Below are positions 38,668 through 51,582 of a stretch of DNA of 64,000 nucleotides, piece after piece (position 1 is the first letter of the stretch; the number at the start of each line of letters is the position of its first letter). Location of the stretch: positions 10,602,001-10,666,000 of the forward strand of contig NC_092680.1 in assembly GCF_964355755.1 (NCBI RefSeq), read 5' to 3'. The notes under the pieces were generated by a model, which was given only the letters and a program-made list of their open reading frames with translations, did not search any database and was not told the DNA's origin. The stretch is from Antedon mediterranea (Eukaryota; Animalia; Echinodermata). The translations under genes and the position numbers were made by a program.

Positions 38668-41659
38668 ATTTATTGTCTACAAAGTGTACAGTAGTATGCT
38701 AATAGTACTATTATTAGATTAGGTAGTTGGAGTAGTTTGGAGAGATACATCTATTTATAAGAGAGTACTTTATATTTATAGATATAATACCAATAGGTAC
38801 CATGTATTGGGATGCAATTCAACAGTTATGAATAAAAAAACTCTGTATGCTTTTTTCTGGCTGTGAAATATAAAATTGTTAAATGAAAAAGAAAATTTAG
38901 GGTGATCATCCCAGTATTTACAGTCTAAATTTGATCTTTATGCAACAATAGGCATAAACGATTTTTTAATTAACAGGTATAAAAGCAAATTAAAAGCCCT
39001 ACGTACTCTGTATGTTGGAGGAAATAAGCATAAGTGCAAATAAATCCTTGACCACAGGATGTAATTCACTATTTGGAATCAGTAGTACACGACTGTGTTG
39101 GACCATAATGTGGTCCAGGTTGACGGGCCAGGAATGACGGTAGCGCCCAGTATACAATGTAGTTTAGCCTCAAGGCAATACCATGTAGCTGGATTAGCTT
39201 GGAGAAATACACTAGAGATTTCATGAGATTTGGTGTGTGATGATTCAGTTTGATAATTAGCTGTGAAAAAAAATTTTTGAATTATGAAGAAAATATTGTA
39301 AAATATAACAAGGAAGTTAAACTATAGTATAATTAAGGGGTAACCGTAAAATATATTATAATAATAAATTAAAATGCAATGGGAATTACTATTACTACTA
39401 ATATTATGTATACAATACAATATTACAGTTAAATTCATAGGTCGATATTATTTTATTATTATAAGGAAATCTGTTTTAGAATGAGAAAAAACCGTCCCAA
39501 CCTAGATTTGAACCCAGCTATCAATAAAGCTATAAAGCTATTGGTACGAGTTGACCAATTATTTGGGTACGAGTTAGCCAAGTTTGGTAAGAGTTGACAT
39601 GGGTACGTTACGGAATACGGATAAAGATCAATCCGTACCCCCATGCCGACTCGTTCCCATCCCATGGTAGAATACTACTTACATGTTAGTTTAGCCTAGC
39701 TGGGCTAACCTACCTCACCTCTCACATGCCCTCCTGAAAAAACGCGACCGAAATTACTGGAACCCTACCCTAGCCTACTAGACCTAGATAGTAGTGATCC
39801 GTAGTACCATGGAACTATAATAAATGGTAGACGTACTAGTACTGTGTAGTATATGTTAACATGTCTGGCTCTACGAGGCCTTTTTATGCTCATAGGATGG
39901 CTTTTTTGGGCGTCCCAATGTAGGCCTATGCCTATAGCTAGGACAGATTTCCCATTCCTGCAGGCCTGTAGCCTATGCTCTAGTAGGGCGGCCGGGTGTA
40001 CTCTGGTCGATTCACCCCTGGTTGACTCGTACCCATGCCAACTCGTACTTAACTTCCTACCCTAAACTCGTATCCAACCAAATAATTGTTGATTTCCCGC
40101 TAGACAAGTAGGCTTAGCCTAGCTACAATATTCATTATGCCCTGCTAAAAAGGTAGATGAGCTACTAGACTAATTACGTAATTCGTATAATAATAACAAT
40201 AATTGACTAGAAAGCCTAAAAGCGGCGGAAAACACCTATCCTTTCTTGCATGGCAGTACGAAAACCTGCCTATGGTTGTACATCATTGTAAATTGTCAAC
40301 ACACACAGTGCTACAGACAGTGTACCGTGTGTTAAAAGTACAGCATTTATAGCAGACAGCAACGTGTATAACTTGCTATAGTTTTACAGATAGCACCTGT
40401 GGACAGTAGCAGAATCGGGTGGTATTTCGATAAAACTTTTCACACAAAAACATCAAAGTGCACAAAATAGCTTAATATGGTATTTTAAAACGTTTTAGAC
40501 CATTTTGAGCATTTCGACAAAACTTTTTCACACAAAACATCAAAGTGTACAGAATAGCTTCATATCGCATTTGGAGACGTTTAGACCATTTTGTGATTTT
40601 CGAAAAAAACTTGTTAACATAAAAACACCAAAGTGCTAATAATAGCTTCAAATCGCATTTGTAGACGTTTTAGACCATTTTGTGATTTTCGAATAAACTT
40701 TTCACACAAAAACATCAAAGATCACAAAAAAGCTTAAAAAAAGTTTTAGACCATTTTGTGATTTTCTATTAATCTTGTTAACATAAAAACACCAAAGTGC
40801 TCAGAATAACTTCAGATCGCACTTGGAGACGTTTTAGACCATTTTGTAATTTTCGAAAAAACTTGTTAACATAAAAACACAAAAGTGCTTAGAATAGCTT
40901 CAAATCGCATTTGGAGACGTTTTAGACCATTTTGTGCATTTCGATGAAACTTGGTTACACAAAAACATCAAAGAGCTTAAAATCACAATAGAAACCGTTT
41001 TAGACCATTTTGATCATTTCGATTAAACTTTTCACAAAAAAACATCAAAGTGCACAAATATGGTATCTAAAAACGTTTTAGACCATTTTGAGCTTTTCGA
41101 CAAAACTTAACATCAAAGTGTACAGAATAGCTTCAAATCACATTTGGAGACGTTTTGGACCATTTTGTGCATTTCGATGAAACTTGGTTACACAAAAACA
41201 TCAAAGAGCTTAAAATCACAATAGAAACCGTTTTAGACCATTTTTAGCATTTCGATAAAACTTAAAAACATTAAAGTGCACAAATATGGTATCTAAAAAC
41301 GTTTAAGACCATTTTGAGCATTTCGACAAAACTTAACATTAAAGTGTACAGAATAGCTTCAAATCCCATTTGGAGACGTTTTAGACCATTTTGTGCATTT
41401 CGATGAAACTTGGTTACACAAAAACATCAAAGTGCTTAAAATCACATTATAAACCGTTTTAAACCATTTTTGAGCATTTCAATAAATCTTTTCACACAAA
41501 AACATCAAAGAGCACAAAATAGCTTAATATTGTATTTAAAAACGTTTTAGACCATTTTGAGCATTTCGACAAAATTTTTTTAAATAAAACAACAAAGTGT
41601 ACAGAATAGCTTCAAATCGCATTTGTTATGGAACGCCATCGCTGCCTCCGGAAGCAAAC

Positions 41660-42530
41660 TTTAATTCTATTCGGCTCTTTTACCATTACATTCGGCTCTT
41701 TTAGCATTCGGCGCATTTCTATTCGGCCCATTTACCATTACGTTCGGCTTTTTCAGCATTCGGCGCATTTCTATTTGGCCCATTTACCATTACATTCGGC
41801 TCTTTCAGCATTCGGCTCTTTTTTATTCGGCCCATTTACCATTACGTTCGGCTTTATCAGCATTCGGCTCTTTTTTATTCGGCCAATTTACCATTACTTT
41901 CGGCTCTTTTTGATTTTGCCCTCTCTGCATTACGTTGGGCTCTTTTTAAATCGGCATTTTTTACATGGCGCAATTAAAATCTAACCTTTGACATGGGGTC
42001 AAATTGAAGGAAATCAACGACTGGAAATGAGTCTTATGAAAAGTTTACAAACATTTGATCATCATGGTGCCAACCATGAGTAGCCAACCGATTAAAGATG
42101 TGTTGAATAACCTAAATTAATTCATCTTTTAACAAATTTTGAGAGAGAAAGGGTAAATTATTATTATTAAATGTAAGGCTGACACTAGCCTAGGCCTTGC
42201 TAGCCTAGGCCATAAATCAAACCTTTTCTCTCTCAAAATGGTCAATAAGGTGGGACAATTGCAAGTTCTCTAACACATTAATCATGTCAATAAAATGATT
42301 AGTCATATTGAAATAGCCTTCAAATTCATTTAATTCAACCAACCAAACACTCTACATGCTGCATCTATATGTTTTGTAAACTTTTCATAGACTCATTTCC
42401 AGCCGTTGATTTTCTTCCATTTGACCCCATGTAAAAGGTTAGAATTTAATTGCGCCGTATAAAAAAGGGCCAAATCAAAAAGAGCCGAACGTAATGCAGA
42501 AAGAGCCGAATAAAAAAGGGCCGAATTAAA
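41660..42530. mobile_element. Foldback/MITE-like element with long TIRs and subterminal attcggc(t/c) repeats, in satellite B
   Basis: ~41925-42053 is inverted at ~42370-42500. Short attcggct/agccgaat repeats lie at both ends. No ORF. Confidence 0.75.
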
Positions 42531-42989
42531 ACTTTTCACACAAGTGCTAAGAATGGCTTCAAATCGCATTTGGAGACGTTTTAGACCATTTTGTGATTTT
42601 CGAAAAAACTTGTTAACATAAAAACACCAAAGTGCTAAGAATAGCTTCAAATCGCATTTGGAGACGTTTTAGAACATTTTGTGCATTTCGATAATACTTT
42701 CTCACACAAAACATCAAAGTGTACAGAATAGCTTCAAATTGTATTTGGAGACGTTTTAGATCATTTTGTGATTTCCGAAAAAACTTGTTAACATAAAAGT
42801 ACCAAAGTGCTAAGAATAGCTTCAAATCGCATTTGGAGACGTTTTTGACCATTTTATGATTTTCGAAAAAACTTGGTAACACAAAAACATCAAAGTGTAC
42901 AGAATAGCTTCAAATCGCATTTGGAGACGTTTTAGACCATTTTGTGCATTTAGAAAAAACTTGTTAACATAAAAACACCAAAGTGTTAA

Positions 42990-44039
42990 CACTTTGACTG
43001 CCAGAGGTTTTTCCAGTTAGAAACTGCCACCGCCAGCGTTTTTAGCCCAATTCGATGTTTTTATTAAAGCTGATTGAAACCATGTATGTGATCTGATTTA
43101 TATGTAATTTAGACTAAAATAATCATAAAGATTTTAGCTTTACAATGGTACCAAGAACGATTTTTTAATCGCAATATGTGAATCGTAATAGTAAAATGAA
43201 AGTAACCCACTTTTTGAATTTTTCGTAGTTTCGCGCAAGAAAGTCGAGATAATCGCGATTTTGTGTAAGACATCACAATATGAAAATATCGCCCGGTGAG
43301 ATCAACAAACAACGAAAAAGTTACTTACACGGCACCGATAGGCCTATATAAACAAGTTATCACTATCGAAAAATGTATTACATTTTATAAATCATAAATC
43401 TTACATCAATGTTTCGCCAAAATCCACATAGTAAAGACACCAGGCCTAGTTAACCAGGCCTAAAGTTGGTCCGGAACCGTTTTACGACTAGGGCTAGGCT
43501 AGCCTAGTACTACTAGCCTAGGCCTAGGAGATAGTAAACTGATGATAATAACCATACCATTTCAAAACAAGTTTGTTGCGTGAAACTCGGTCACTTTCAG
43601 TAAAACACCAAAACAATTAGGGTATACATACAATAATAAAATTAAAGACTTCATATTGAAAATGACTCCATTATTTTTTATTCAGATAACAAACAAACAT
43701 GTCAATCCACAAAAACCTTTGTAATGCTTCGGCGGCATAGCTAGCGCGCGACCGATACACAATGCGCCAAGCCATCGCTCTACGCGCTACTGTGATGCGC
43801 GGTGTTTGTTATTTCGACAGGTACCATTTTGACAGTCGTTCGTAACCAGATTAGTTACTTTCAAATTGTAAAATATTGACGGTCCAGACCGAATATAGTG
43901 TTCATATTTATAGTATATACCAATAATTAACCTATCTACCGGCTTTCGTAAAAAAACGCGAAAAACGAAGATCTTCGTTTTTGGCAGTCAAGCGTTGTGT
44001 TTCCAAAAACGAAGATCTTCGTGTTTGGCAGTCAAAGTG
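42990..44039. mobile_element. Non-autonomous piggyBac-like element, 1050 bp, TTAA TSD
   Basis: TTAA|CACTTTGACTGCCA ... TGGCAGTCAAAGTG|TTAA. The empty site caaagtgTTAAgaatag is at 45021-45024 in the paralogous copy. Confidence 0.88.
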
Positions 44040-46426
44040 TTAAGAATAGCTTCAAATGGCATTTGGAGACGTTTTAGACCATTTTGTGCATTTCGATGAA
44101 ACTTGGTTACACAAAAACATCAAAGAGCTTAAAATCACAATAGAAACCGTTTTAGGCCATTTTGAGCATTTCGATGAAACTTGGTTACACAAAAACATCA
44201 AAGAGCTTAAAATCACAATAGAAACCGTTTTAGACCATTTTGAGCATTTCGATGAAACTTGGTAAACACAAAAAAATCAAAGAGCTTAAAATCACAATAG
44301 AAACCGTTTTAGACCATTTTGAGCATTTCGATAAAACTTTTCACACAAAAACATCAAAGAGCACAAAATAGCTTAATATCGTATTTAAAAACGTTTTATA
44401 CCATTTTGAGCATTTGGACAAAACTTTTTCACACAAAACATCAAAGTGTACAGAATAGCTTCAAATCGCATTTGGAGACGTTTTAGACCATTTTGTGATT
44501 TTCGAAAAAACTTGCCGAGCCGAACGTAATGCAGAAAGAGCCGAATGAAAAAGGGCCGAATTAAAACTTTTCACACAAGTGCTAAGAATGGCTTCAAATC
44601 GCATTTGGAGACGTTTTAGACCATTTTGTGATTTTCGAAAAAACATGTTAACATAAAAACACCAAAGTGCTAAGAATAGCTTCAAATCGCATTTGGAGAC
44701 GTTTTAGAACATTTTGTGCATTTCGATGATACTTTCTCACACAAAACATCAAAGTGTACAGAATAGCTTCAAATTGTATTTGGAGACGTTTTAGATCATT
44801 TTGTGATTTCCGAAAAAACTTGTTAGCATAAAAGTACCAAAGTGCTAAGAATAGCTTCAAATCGCATTTGGAGACGTTTTTGACTATTTTATGATTTTCG
44901 AAAAAACTTGGTAACACAAAAACATCAAAGTGTACAGAATAGCTTCAAATCGCATTTGGAGACGTTTTAGACCATTTTGTGCATTTAGAAAAAACTTGTT
45001 AACATAAAAACACCAAAGTGTTAAGAATAGCTTCAAATGGCATTTGGAGACGTTTTAGACCATTTTGTGCATTTCGATGAAACTTGCTTACACAAAAACA
45101 TCAAAGAGCTTAAAATCACAATAGAAACCGTTTTAGGCCATTTTGAGCATTTCGATGAAACTTGGTTACACAAAAACATCAAAGAGCTTAAAATCACAAT
45201 AGAAACCGTTTTAGACCATTTTGAGCATTTCGATGAAACTTGGTTACACAAAAACATCAAAGAGCTTAAAATCACAATAGAAACCGTTTTAGACCAATTT
45301 GAGCATTTCGATAAAACTTTTCACACAAAAACATCAAAGAGCACAAAATAGCTTAATATCGTATTTAAAAACGTTTTATACCATTTTGAGCATTTGGACA
45401 AAACTTTTTCACACAAAACATCAAAGTGTACAGAATAGCTTCAAATCGCATTTGGAGACGTTTTAGACCATTTTGTGATTTTCGAAAAAACTTGTTAACA
45501 TAAAAACACCAAAGTGCTTAGAATAGCTTCAAATCGCATTTGGAGACGTTTTAGACCATTTTGTTCATTTCGATGAAACTTGGTTTCTTAGCTCTTTGGT
45601 GTTTTTATGTTAACAAGTTTTTTTTGAAAATCACAAAATGCTCTAAAAACGTCTCCAAATGCGATTTGAAGCTATTCTTAGCCCTTTGGTGTTTTTATGT
45701 TAACAACTTTTTTTGAAAATCACAAAATGGTCTAAAACGTCTCCAAATGCAATTTGAAGCTATTCTGTACATTTTGATGTTTTGTGTGAAAAAGTTTTGT
45801 CGAAATGCTCAAAATGGTCTAAAATGTTTTTAAATACGATATTAAGCTATTTTGTGCTCTTTGTTGTTTTTGTGTGAAAAGTTTTATCGAAATGCTCAAA
45901 ATGGTCTAAGACGGTTTCTAATGTGATTTTAAGCACTTTCATGTTTTTGTGTAACCAAGTTTTTTCGAAAATCACAAAATGGTCTAAAACGTCTCCAAAT
46001 GCGATTTGAAGCTATTCTGTACACTTTGATGTTTTGTGTGAAAAAGTTTTGTCAAAATGCTCAAAATGGTCTAAAACGTTTTCAAATACGATATTAAGCT
46101 ATTTTGTGCTGTTTGATGTTTTTGTGTGAAAAGTTTTATCGAAATGCTCAAAATGGTCTAAAACGGTTTCTAATTTGATTTTAAGCACTTTGATGTTTTT
46201 GTGTAACCAAGTTTCATCGAAATGCACAAAATGGTCTAAAACGTCTCCAAATGCGATTTGAAGATATTCTAAGCACTTTTGTGTTTTTGTGTTAACAAGT
46301 TTTTTCGAAAATCACAAAATGGTCTAAAACGTCTCCAAATGCGATTTGAAGCTTTTTTGTACACTTTGATGTTTTGTGTGAAAAAGTTTTGTCGAAATAC
46401 TCAAAATGGTCTTAAACGTTTTTAAA

Positions 46427-47450
46427 TCTCTCATCCTCGTATAAGGAAATTATTGATAGGAATGCTGTATTAGAGGAACAAGTCAAGACGTTACAGGTTC
46501 TAGTAAGTGAACAGGATTTCAAACAACCAAGATGTTCAGCAAAGAGATCAGTTGTAAAATCAAATACTCAAACATCTATTAATTTGAATAACCCTTGCCT
46601 CAGTATCACTAGGAGGGAAGAAGGCAAAGTCTGTGAAGAAAATTTGCAAAATATTACTTATAATAATGTATCACCTAAGCCTACAAAGAAAGCCGAACAA
46701 ATTACAGCAAAACAACTTCCAGCTAAACAAATTCCAGCTAAACAAATTCCAGTTAAACAGATTCCAGCCAAACAAATTCCAGCTAATCAACAAAGAAATC
46801 TAATAATAGGTGACTCTATGCTAAAGCATATTAAGACAAATGGTCTATGTGAAACATCTGTGAGAACATTAAGAGGAGCAACTGTGGAACAAGTTAACTA
46901 TACATTATGTGAGATCGATCTGACCAATGTAGAAAATTTTGTCATTCATGCTGGAACAAATGACTGTTGCGATATCAACTTTGACTTGGATAGGCTAAAG
47001 AACGACTACACTGATATGATATCAAGGCTTAAAATGAAGATAACAGGCGAGGTTTTCATCTCAGCGATTTGCCCGAGACTTGATGATCTTTCATTAAACA
47101 GACGCGTATTTGACGTAAATGAAATGCTCAAATATTCTTTCGGTAACATTGTTATGGATCACAGCCGAGCTTTCACTACACGATATGGAGTGGATTCATC
47201 AAAGTTTACAAGTCATGGTTTACATCTTAACTTGAGGGGTACATCAGCCTTGGTTAAGAGTATTAATAATGTACTGTCAATAATATCACCAAAGAAAAAT
47301 AGAAGAACTGGAAGCACGCACACTAGAGATCATCAAAGCATGCCTGTAGCAAATTGTCATTTCTGTTTTTTGCAGACATGGAAAAGCAGTTGTGTGTTGG
47401 GTTTGTAAACAAGTAGGACATAAAGCGAAATTTTGCCAAGTTGAACACTG
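46427..47450 (+). pseudogene. CR1/L2-type LINE ORF1: coiled coil, (KQIPA)n repeat, SGNH esterase, CCHC knuckle; 5'-truncated and frameshifted
   Basis: Motifs IIGDSML, IHAGTND and HGLHLN. CWVCKQVGHKAKFC at 47395-47436 is in a shifted frame. Confidence 0.85.
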
Positions 47451-47738
47451 AAAAAATGGCAAAGTAGATGAAGCCGTAATAAATGTAGCTAAGATGAAGA
47501 GTGCTGATGATAATGACATAACATTAAATGAAATTTATATAAACAATGATTCTAGTAATAATAGCAGTAATATAGTAAATTCAGGTAACACAAAATCAAG
47601 TAAAATGTTAAGTTTATTCTATTGTAATATAAGAAGTATGAAAAACAAATTATTAGATTTCAATGTTAGATTTTCTTCTTCGTCTCATGACGTCATTGCT
47701 ATATCAGAGACATGGCCCGATAGCACAGTATATGATAG

Positions 47739-50700
47739 TAGTAGGGCGGCCAATGTGAGTTTTTTCATCATGGGGGGCATTTTCTGTTAATAGCAGGCAA
47801 CCATGTGGAATATATCCCTTATGGGATGACAAAAAAGATAGGGGTGGATGCCACTCTCAAATTTCAGGTCAAAGGTCATTTTCAAGGTTATAAGGTCAAA
47901 TATGGTAAAATAGAGGTTTAAGCTGTTTTCTACAACATATAAGCTAATTAAAAGAAATGTAACCATTATTGGATCATTATTGACATATTGCTGTAGATGG
48001 TGAAGTTCATCAATTTTTCAAATTACAAGTTTAAAGGTCATTTTAAAGGTCATAAGGTCAAATAGAGCACAGACCTGTTAATGATCGGTATTAATAATTG
48101 AAATAAATATAATTTTCATGATAGCCTGGGGCTTATGGTTATAGTGTGGTGTCAAAAAGACCAGAATTGTACTGGGAAGATTTTAAACTTTTTGAATCAC
48201 TCCTGGAAGGTGTTCAAGGAATGGAAAGGATGAGTCCTAGAGTATCAAAATAACCGAAATTGGAGGTCTACTGGAATGTCTTAAATTTCATTTAAAAACG
48301 GTCACAGAGGGTTTGTGGGTTGGGAGTAATGGGCGGCATGGGCACATGCCAATATTCGAAATTTTTCTGGGATGGAAGGAGGTAATGCTCTGAGGTGGGT
48401 ATTTCTTCAAGCAATGATATATAATGCCTATTGGCCATCTGGGTAACGGCAAACGATTGAATCACAACCACACATACATGCTTCATCTGGCTCTTTAGTT
48501 TACATACACATGTAACAAGTTCCAAACTGACAACTGGGTTAGGGGCTTCCAAACGACCCGATTCATTTAGGCCACATACTGATCTCTGCCTGATAGTTGG
48601 CTCGTATGTTTAGGTTCTATGATGTCTGTATTCACCATTAATTTTAAGTGTTTCCCGAAGTAGAAATACAGGTACTTAAAAATATTTATTGAGTGAAGTG
48701 AAATACTTAATATTTAAGGGAAATATATATCACTAGTGTCAATGGTATATGGTCACTGAGTCTAGATGGAGGTAGCACCAAAGAGTAGTCTGTTATTATA
48801 CAGTTATCTGCTCAAGAGTACCATATATTTGGCAATATTAAACTTTAGTGTACACTGTACGTGGAAAGTCTTAATCTTAATCAATTATCCACCCCTTTTC
48901 AATGTAATGATCAAATTCAACAAAATGACGAAATATCTAGGTAACTTGCATAAATACTTGCATAGTCACCAAATGTTTGCAGCCATGTTTACTGCATCCT
49001 ATAGTGCATGACCATCATGTTTTTACTGTAAGTTTTCTTCTGGAACATCTGTGGGTGTTTCAACGCCATCCATCAAGATATGTGAAGTCATATTTGGTTA
49101 AAGATATTAAAATTGGGCTATGATCATACTCCAATGGTTGATCAGCAGATTTTCTGTCAGTTTTTATATACTTTATCGAAACAGTTGCCTTATAGAAATC
49201 CGCAAAGGTTTAGAGCGATGCTTTCTCAGTGGCTCATGAAGTTCTAAGTTCTACTGTTTTTTTTCTTTCAATAAGTTGTTACTTTAAATATAAGATCTTC
49301 CTTATCATCTGTCAGTTCGAAAGAATATTGTGTATGTGTAATTCATGATCAGTCTGACCAAGTCATGCAGAACCTATCAATGAATTGCAGCGTTTCTTGT
49401 TATACCAATGATTCTATTTTGAATTGATCAATCATCCACTCAGTGTTTAGAATATTTGGTTCTGATAGTTTAGATAGGTAAATTTGTTTACCCTTTTAAC
49501 CTCATGGTTAGTGGATCTCCTATCAGTCCTTTGTGAAATTTAGGTTTAAAAAGTCTAAGCTGATGTCCTCATGTATTTCTGCTTAGATTGCATCTCATTT
49601 GAAGGAAGTCTTCCTTGGCTACACCCTCGAAATCTTTTGAAAATGTTCAATCAAGTCACCATGAATTCGTCTGTCATACAGGGTTGTTAGGCCAAGAAAC
49701 TTCATATGAATAAGAATGGATAGCTGGAATTTGATTTGTCGCATGACGTTGTCCTCTTCAAGTGCGTTTCTTTTTGGAGAAATGGATTTCATACCTGGAC
49801 ACAGTACGTAACGTAATGTTTGTAAATAACGTTAAAACCGTCTTTAAGGACGTGTAAAGGACTTCTTAATTACTTAAGGAGTTTTATATTTGTTATCACC
49901 GTAAGCCATGATAGCATAGATGGGAAGGCCTCAAGAAGAAGTCTCCTTCTAACCTTGATAAAGTCCAATAGTTAGGGTTTTTTAAAACAAAGACTCGATA
50001 CCCAGGTTTCTCTTTCGAGATTTCTTGAAACAACAAACTTCAATAAAAACTTGTATCATTGAAATAATGAAAAAAATGTTTAAATAATTACATTATAGGG
50101 GGTCTCTGACCCAAACAAAAACATCTCGACATTAGGTCTCTGTTTTCGAAATTTTTCTAAAACAAATTTCTAAATATTATTACATTATTATAGGTAATAT
50201 TAATAATTTTTCTAAAAACAAATGTCTAAATATTACTGTATTACATTATTATAGGTAATATTAATATTATAGTAAAAGACCAATCTTTTGGCACATATGG
50301 CGTTTCATACATATAACACTTGACCTATTTTTTCCGACAAAAATCAAAACGATGACTGGTGGACAACATGAAAAAGACAAATTTACAACAGACTGGGAAA
50401 AGCCTATTAAAAAACTGTGTGTACTTTACAGAAATATGTGAAAACAACATTTTGAGAAAATGACACTTTTATATTTAATTTCCTATGTTTTTATGTGTAA
50501 AATTAAATGTTTATCTCATAATTACTATAACATGAAGCATCAGTTGATCTTCAGATATACCTTTTTGGATAGATCTGATGATGTAGATGATTTTCCGTGA
50601 TTAAAAAAAAATCCTATATTTTGACCTTGTTTGACCTCTTGACCACATAAACTGACCTTAAAACCCAAAACTGAAGATGGCATCCACCCCTATCGTTTTT

Positions 50701-50802
50701 GTCACCCCACAAAGGATACATTCAACATGGTTGCCTGCTATTAACAAAAAATGCCCCCCAAACTTTTTATAGAGGACTTTTGTGTATTTGGCCTCTCTAC
50801 TA
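47739..50802 (-). mobile_element. Decayed Academ-type DNA transposon, ~3.06 kb, TAG termini, 3-bp TSD (TAG)
   Basis: TAGTAGGGCGGCCAA ... TTGGCCTCTCTACTA with ~150-bp imperfect TIRs (ggggcatttt.tgttaatagcaggcaaccatg..gataggggtggatgcca). Minus-strand relics HDGHAL..QTFGDYA (~48960-49020), IRANYQAEI (~48580-48610) and LELVTCVCK fit, as I recall the motifs, the Academ XPG-like/Cys-rich region. Confidence 0.75.
49580..49930 (-). pseudogene. Decayed CR1-like RT C-terminal fragment inside the Academ element
   Basis: Minus strand gives LGLTTLYDRRIHGDLIE and a broken VQV*NPFLQK...QRHAT, typical of CR1-group ORF2 ends. Confidence 0.6.
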
Positions 50803-51582
50803 TAGTCAGCTTTTAAACAATGATTATACCATTTTTAGAAAGGATAGAAATTCTCATGGAGGGGGGGGGGGGGTTTAATTGCTTGTAAAACATGTTTAAA
50901 TCCATCTTTATGCACAGATCTCAATGTTGATACACTTGAACTGATTTGGATAGAATGTCATTGTAATATAGGTAAAATTTTATTAGGAGTGTTTTATAGG
51001 CCGCCTTCTTCAAATGTTCAATATTTAAATTCCTTTATTGATAATATAGATAAAGTTCAAGCAAAAGTTGTTGATTACAAACAGGTATTACTCATAGGCG
51101 ACTTTAATATTCATGTTGATTGGAATTGTTTGAATGTGAACAATGGTTTATCCGCCCAAGCAGGAAGCTTGGTAGAAGGAACAATGGCAACTGGACTAGT
51201 GCAAATAATAGACCAGCCTTCTTATGTAACACGAAATGGGGATGGGCACTTTTTGGACTTGACTTTTGTTAGTAATCCACTTTTAATTGATAAATGTCAA
51301 ATTATTAACAATTTTGACTCATGTGATCATGAGGCAATTGAGATATGTCTAAGGATATCAAAACAACGTGACAAAGTTATAACAAAAACTGTATATGTAC
51401 TAAAAAATGCAGATTAGCAGAAAAGCATATTAATTAATTTTAATTGGGAAAATTGTTTTATGTTTGAAAATATGAATCTGTGCCTATTAAGAAAAGAAAT
51501 AAAACTAAATTATTTCCATGGATTACTACAGAAATTAAGAAACTTTGTACAAAGAAAAGAAAATTATATAGGAAGGCTAAGA

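Larger units (their letters stand above)
40425..46426. repeat. Satellite B: 78- and ~87-bp monomers (ttttagaccattttg...caaagtg...gaatagcttcaaatcgcatttggagacg), with insertions and a strand flip near 45585
   Basis: Repeated monomers. The 26-aa periodic spurious ORF at 45037 reflects the 78-bp unit. Reverse orientation at 45586-46426. Confidence 0.95.
47455..51582 (+). pseudogene. LINE ORF2 APE endonuclease, split by an insertion at 47739-50802 and truncated before RT
   Basis: NIRSMKNK and VIAISETW lie before the insertion. After it come YTIFRKDRNSHGGG, FYRPPS, LIGDFN, LDLTF, CDHEAI and PWITTEIKKL. Removing the insert restores the frame VYDS-QLLNNDY. Confidence 0.88.

Noticed and set aside
40425-46426. 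CRISPR-like array or repeat-protein genes (ORFs at 42393-45351 and 63404)
   Set aside because: No unique spacers or cas genes, eukaryotic context, and the ORFs simply follow the satellite period.
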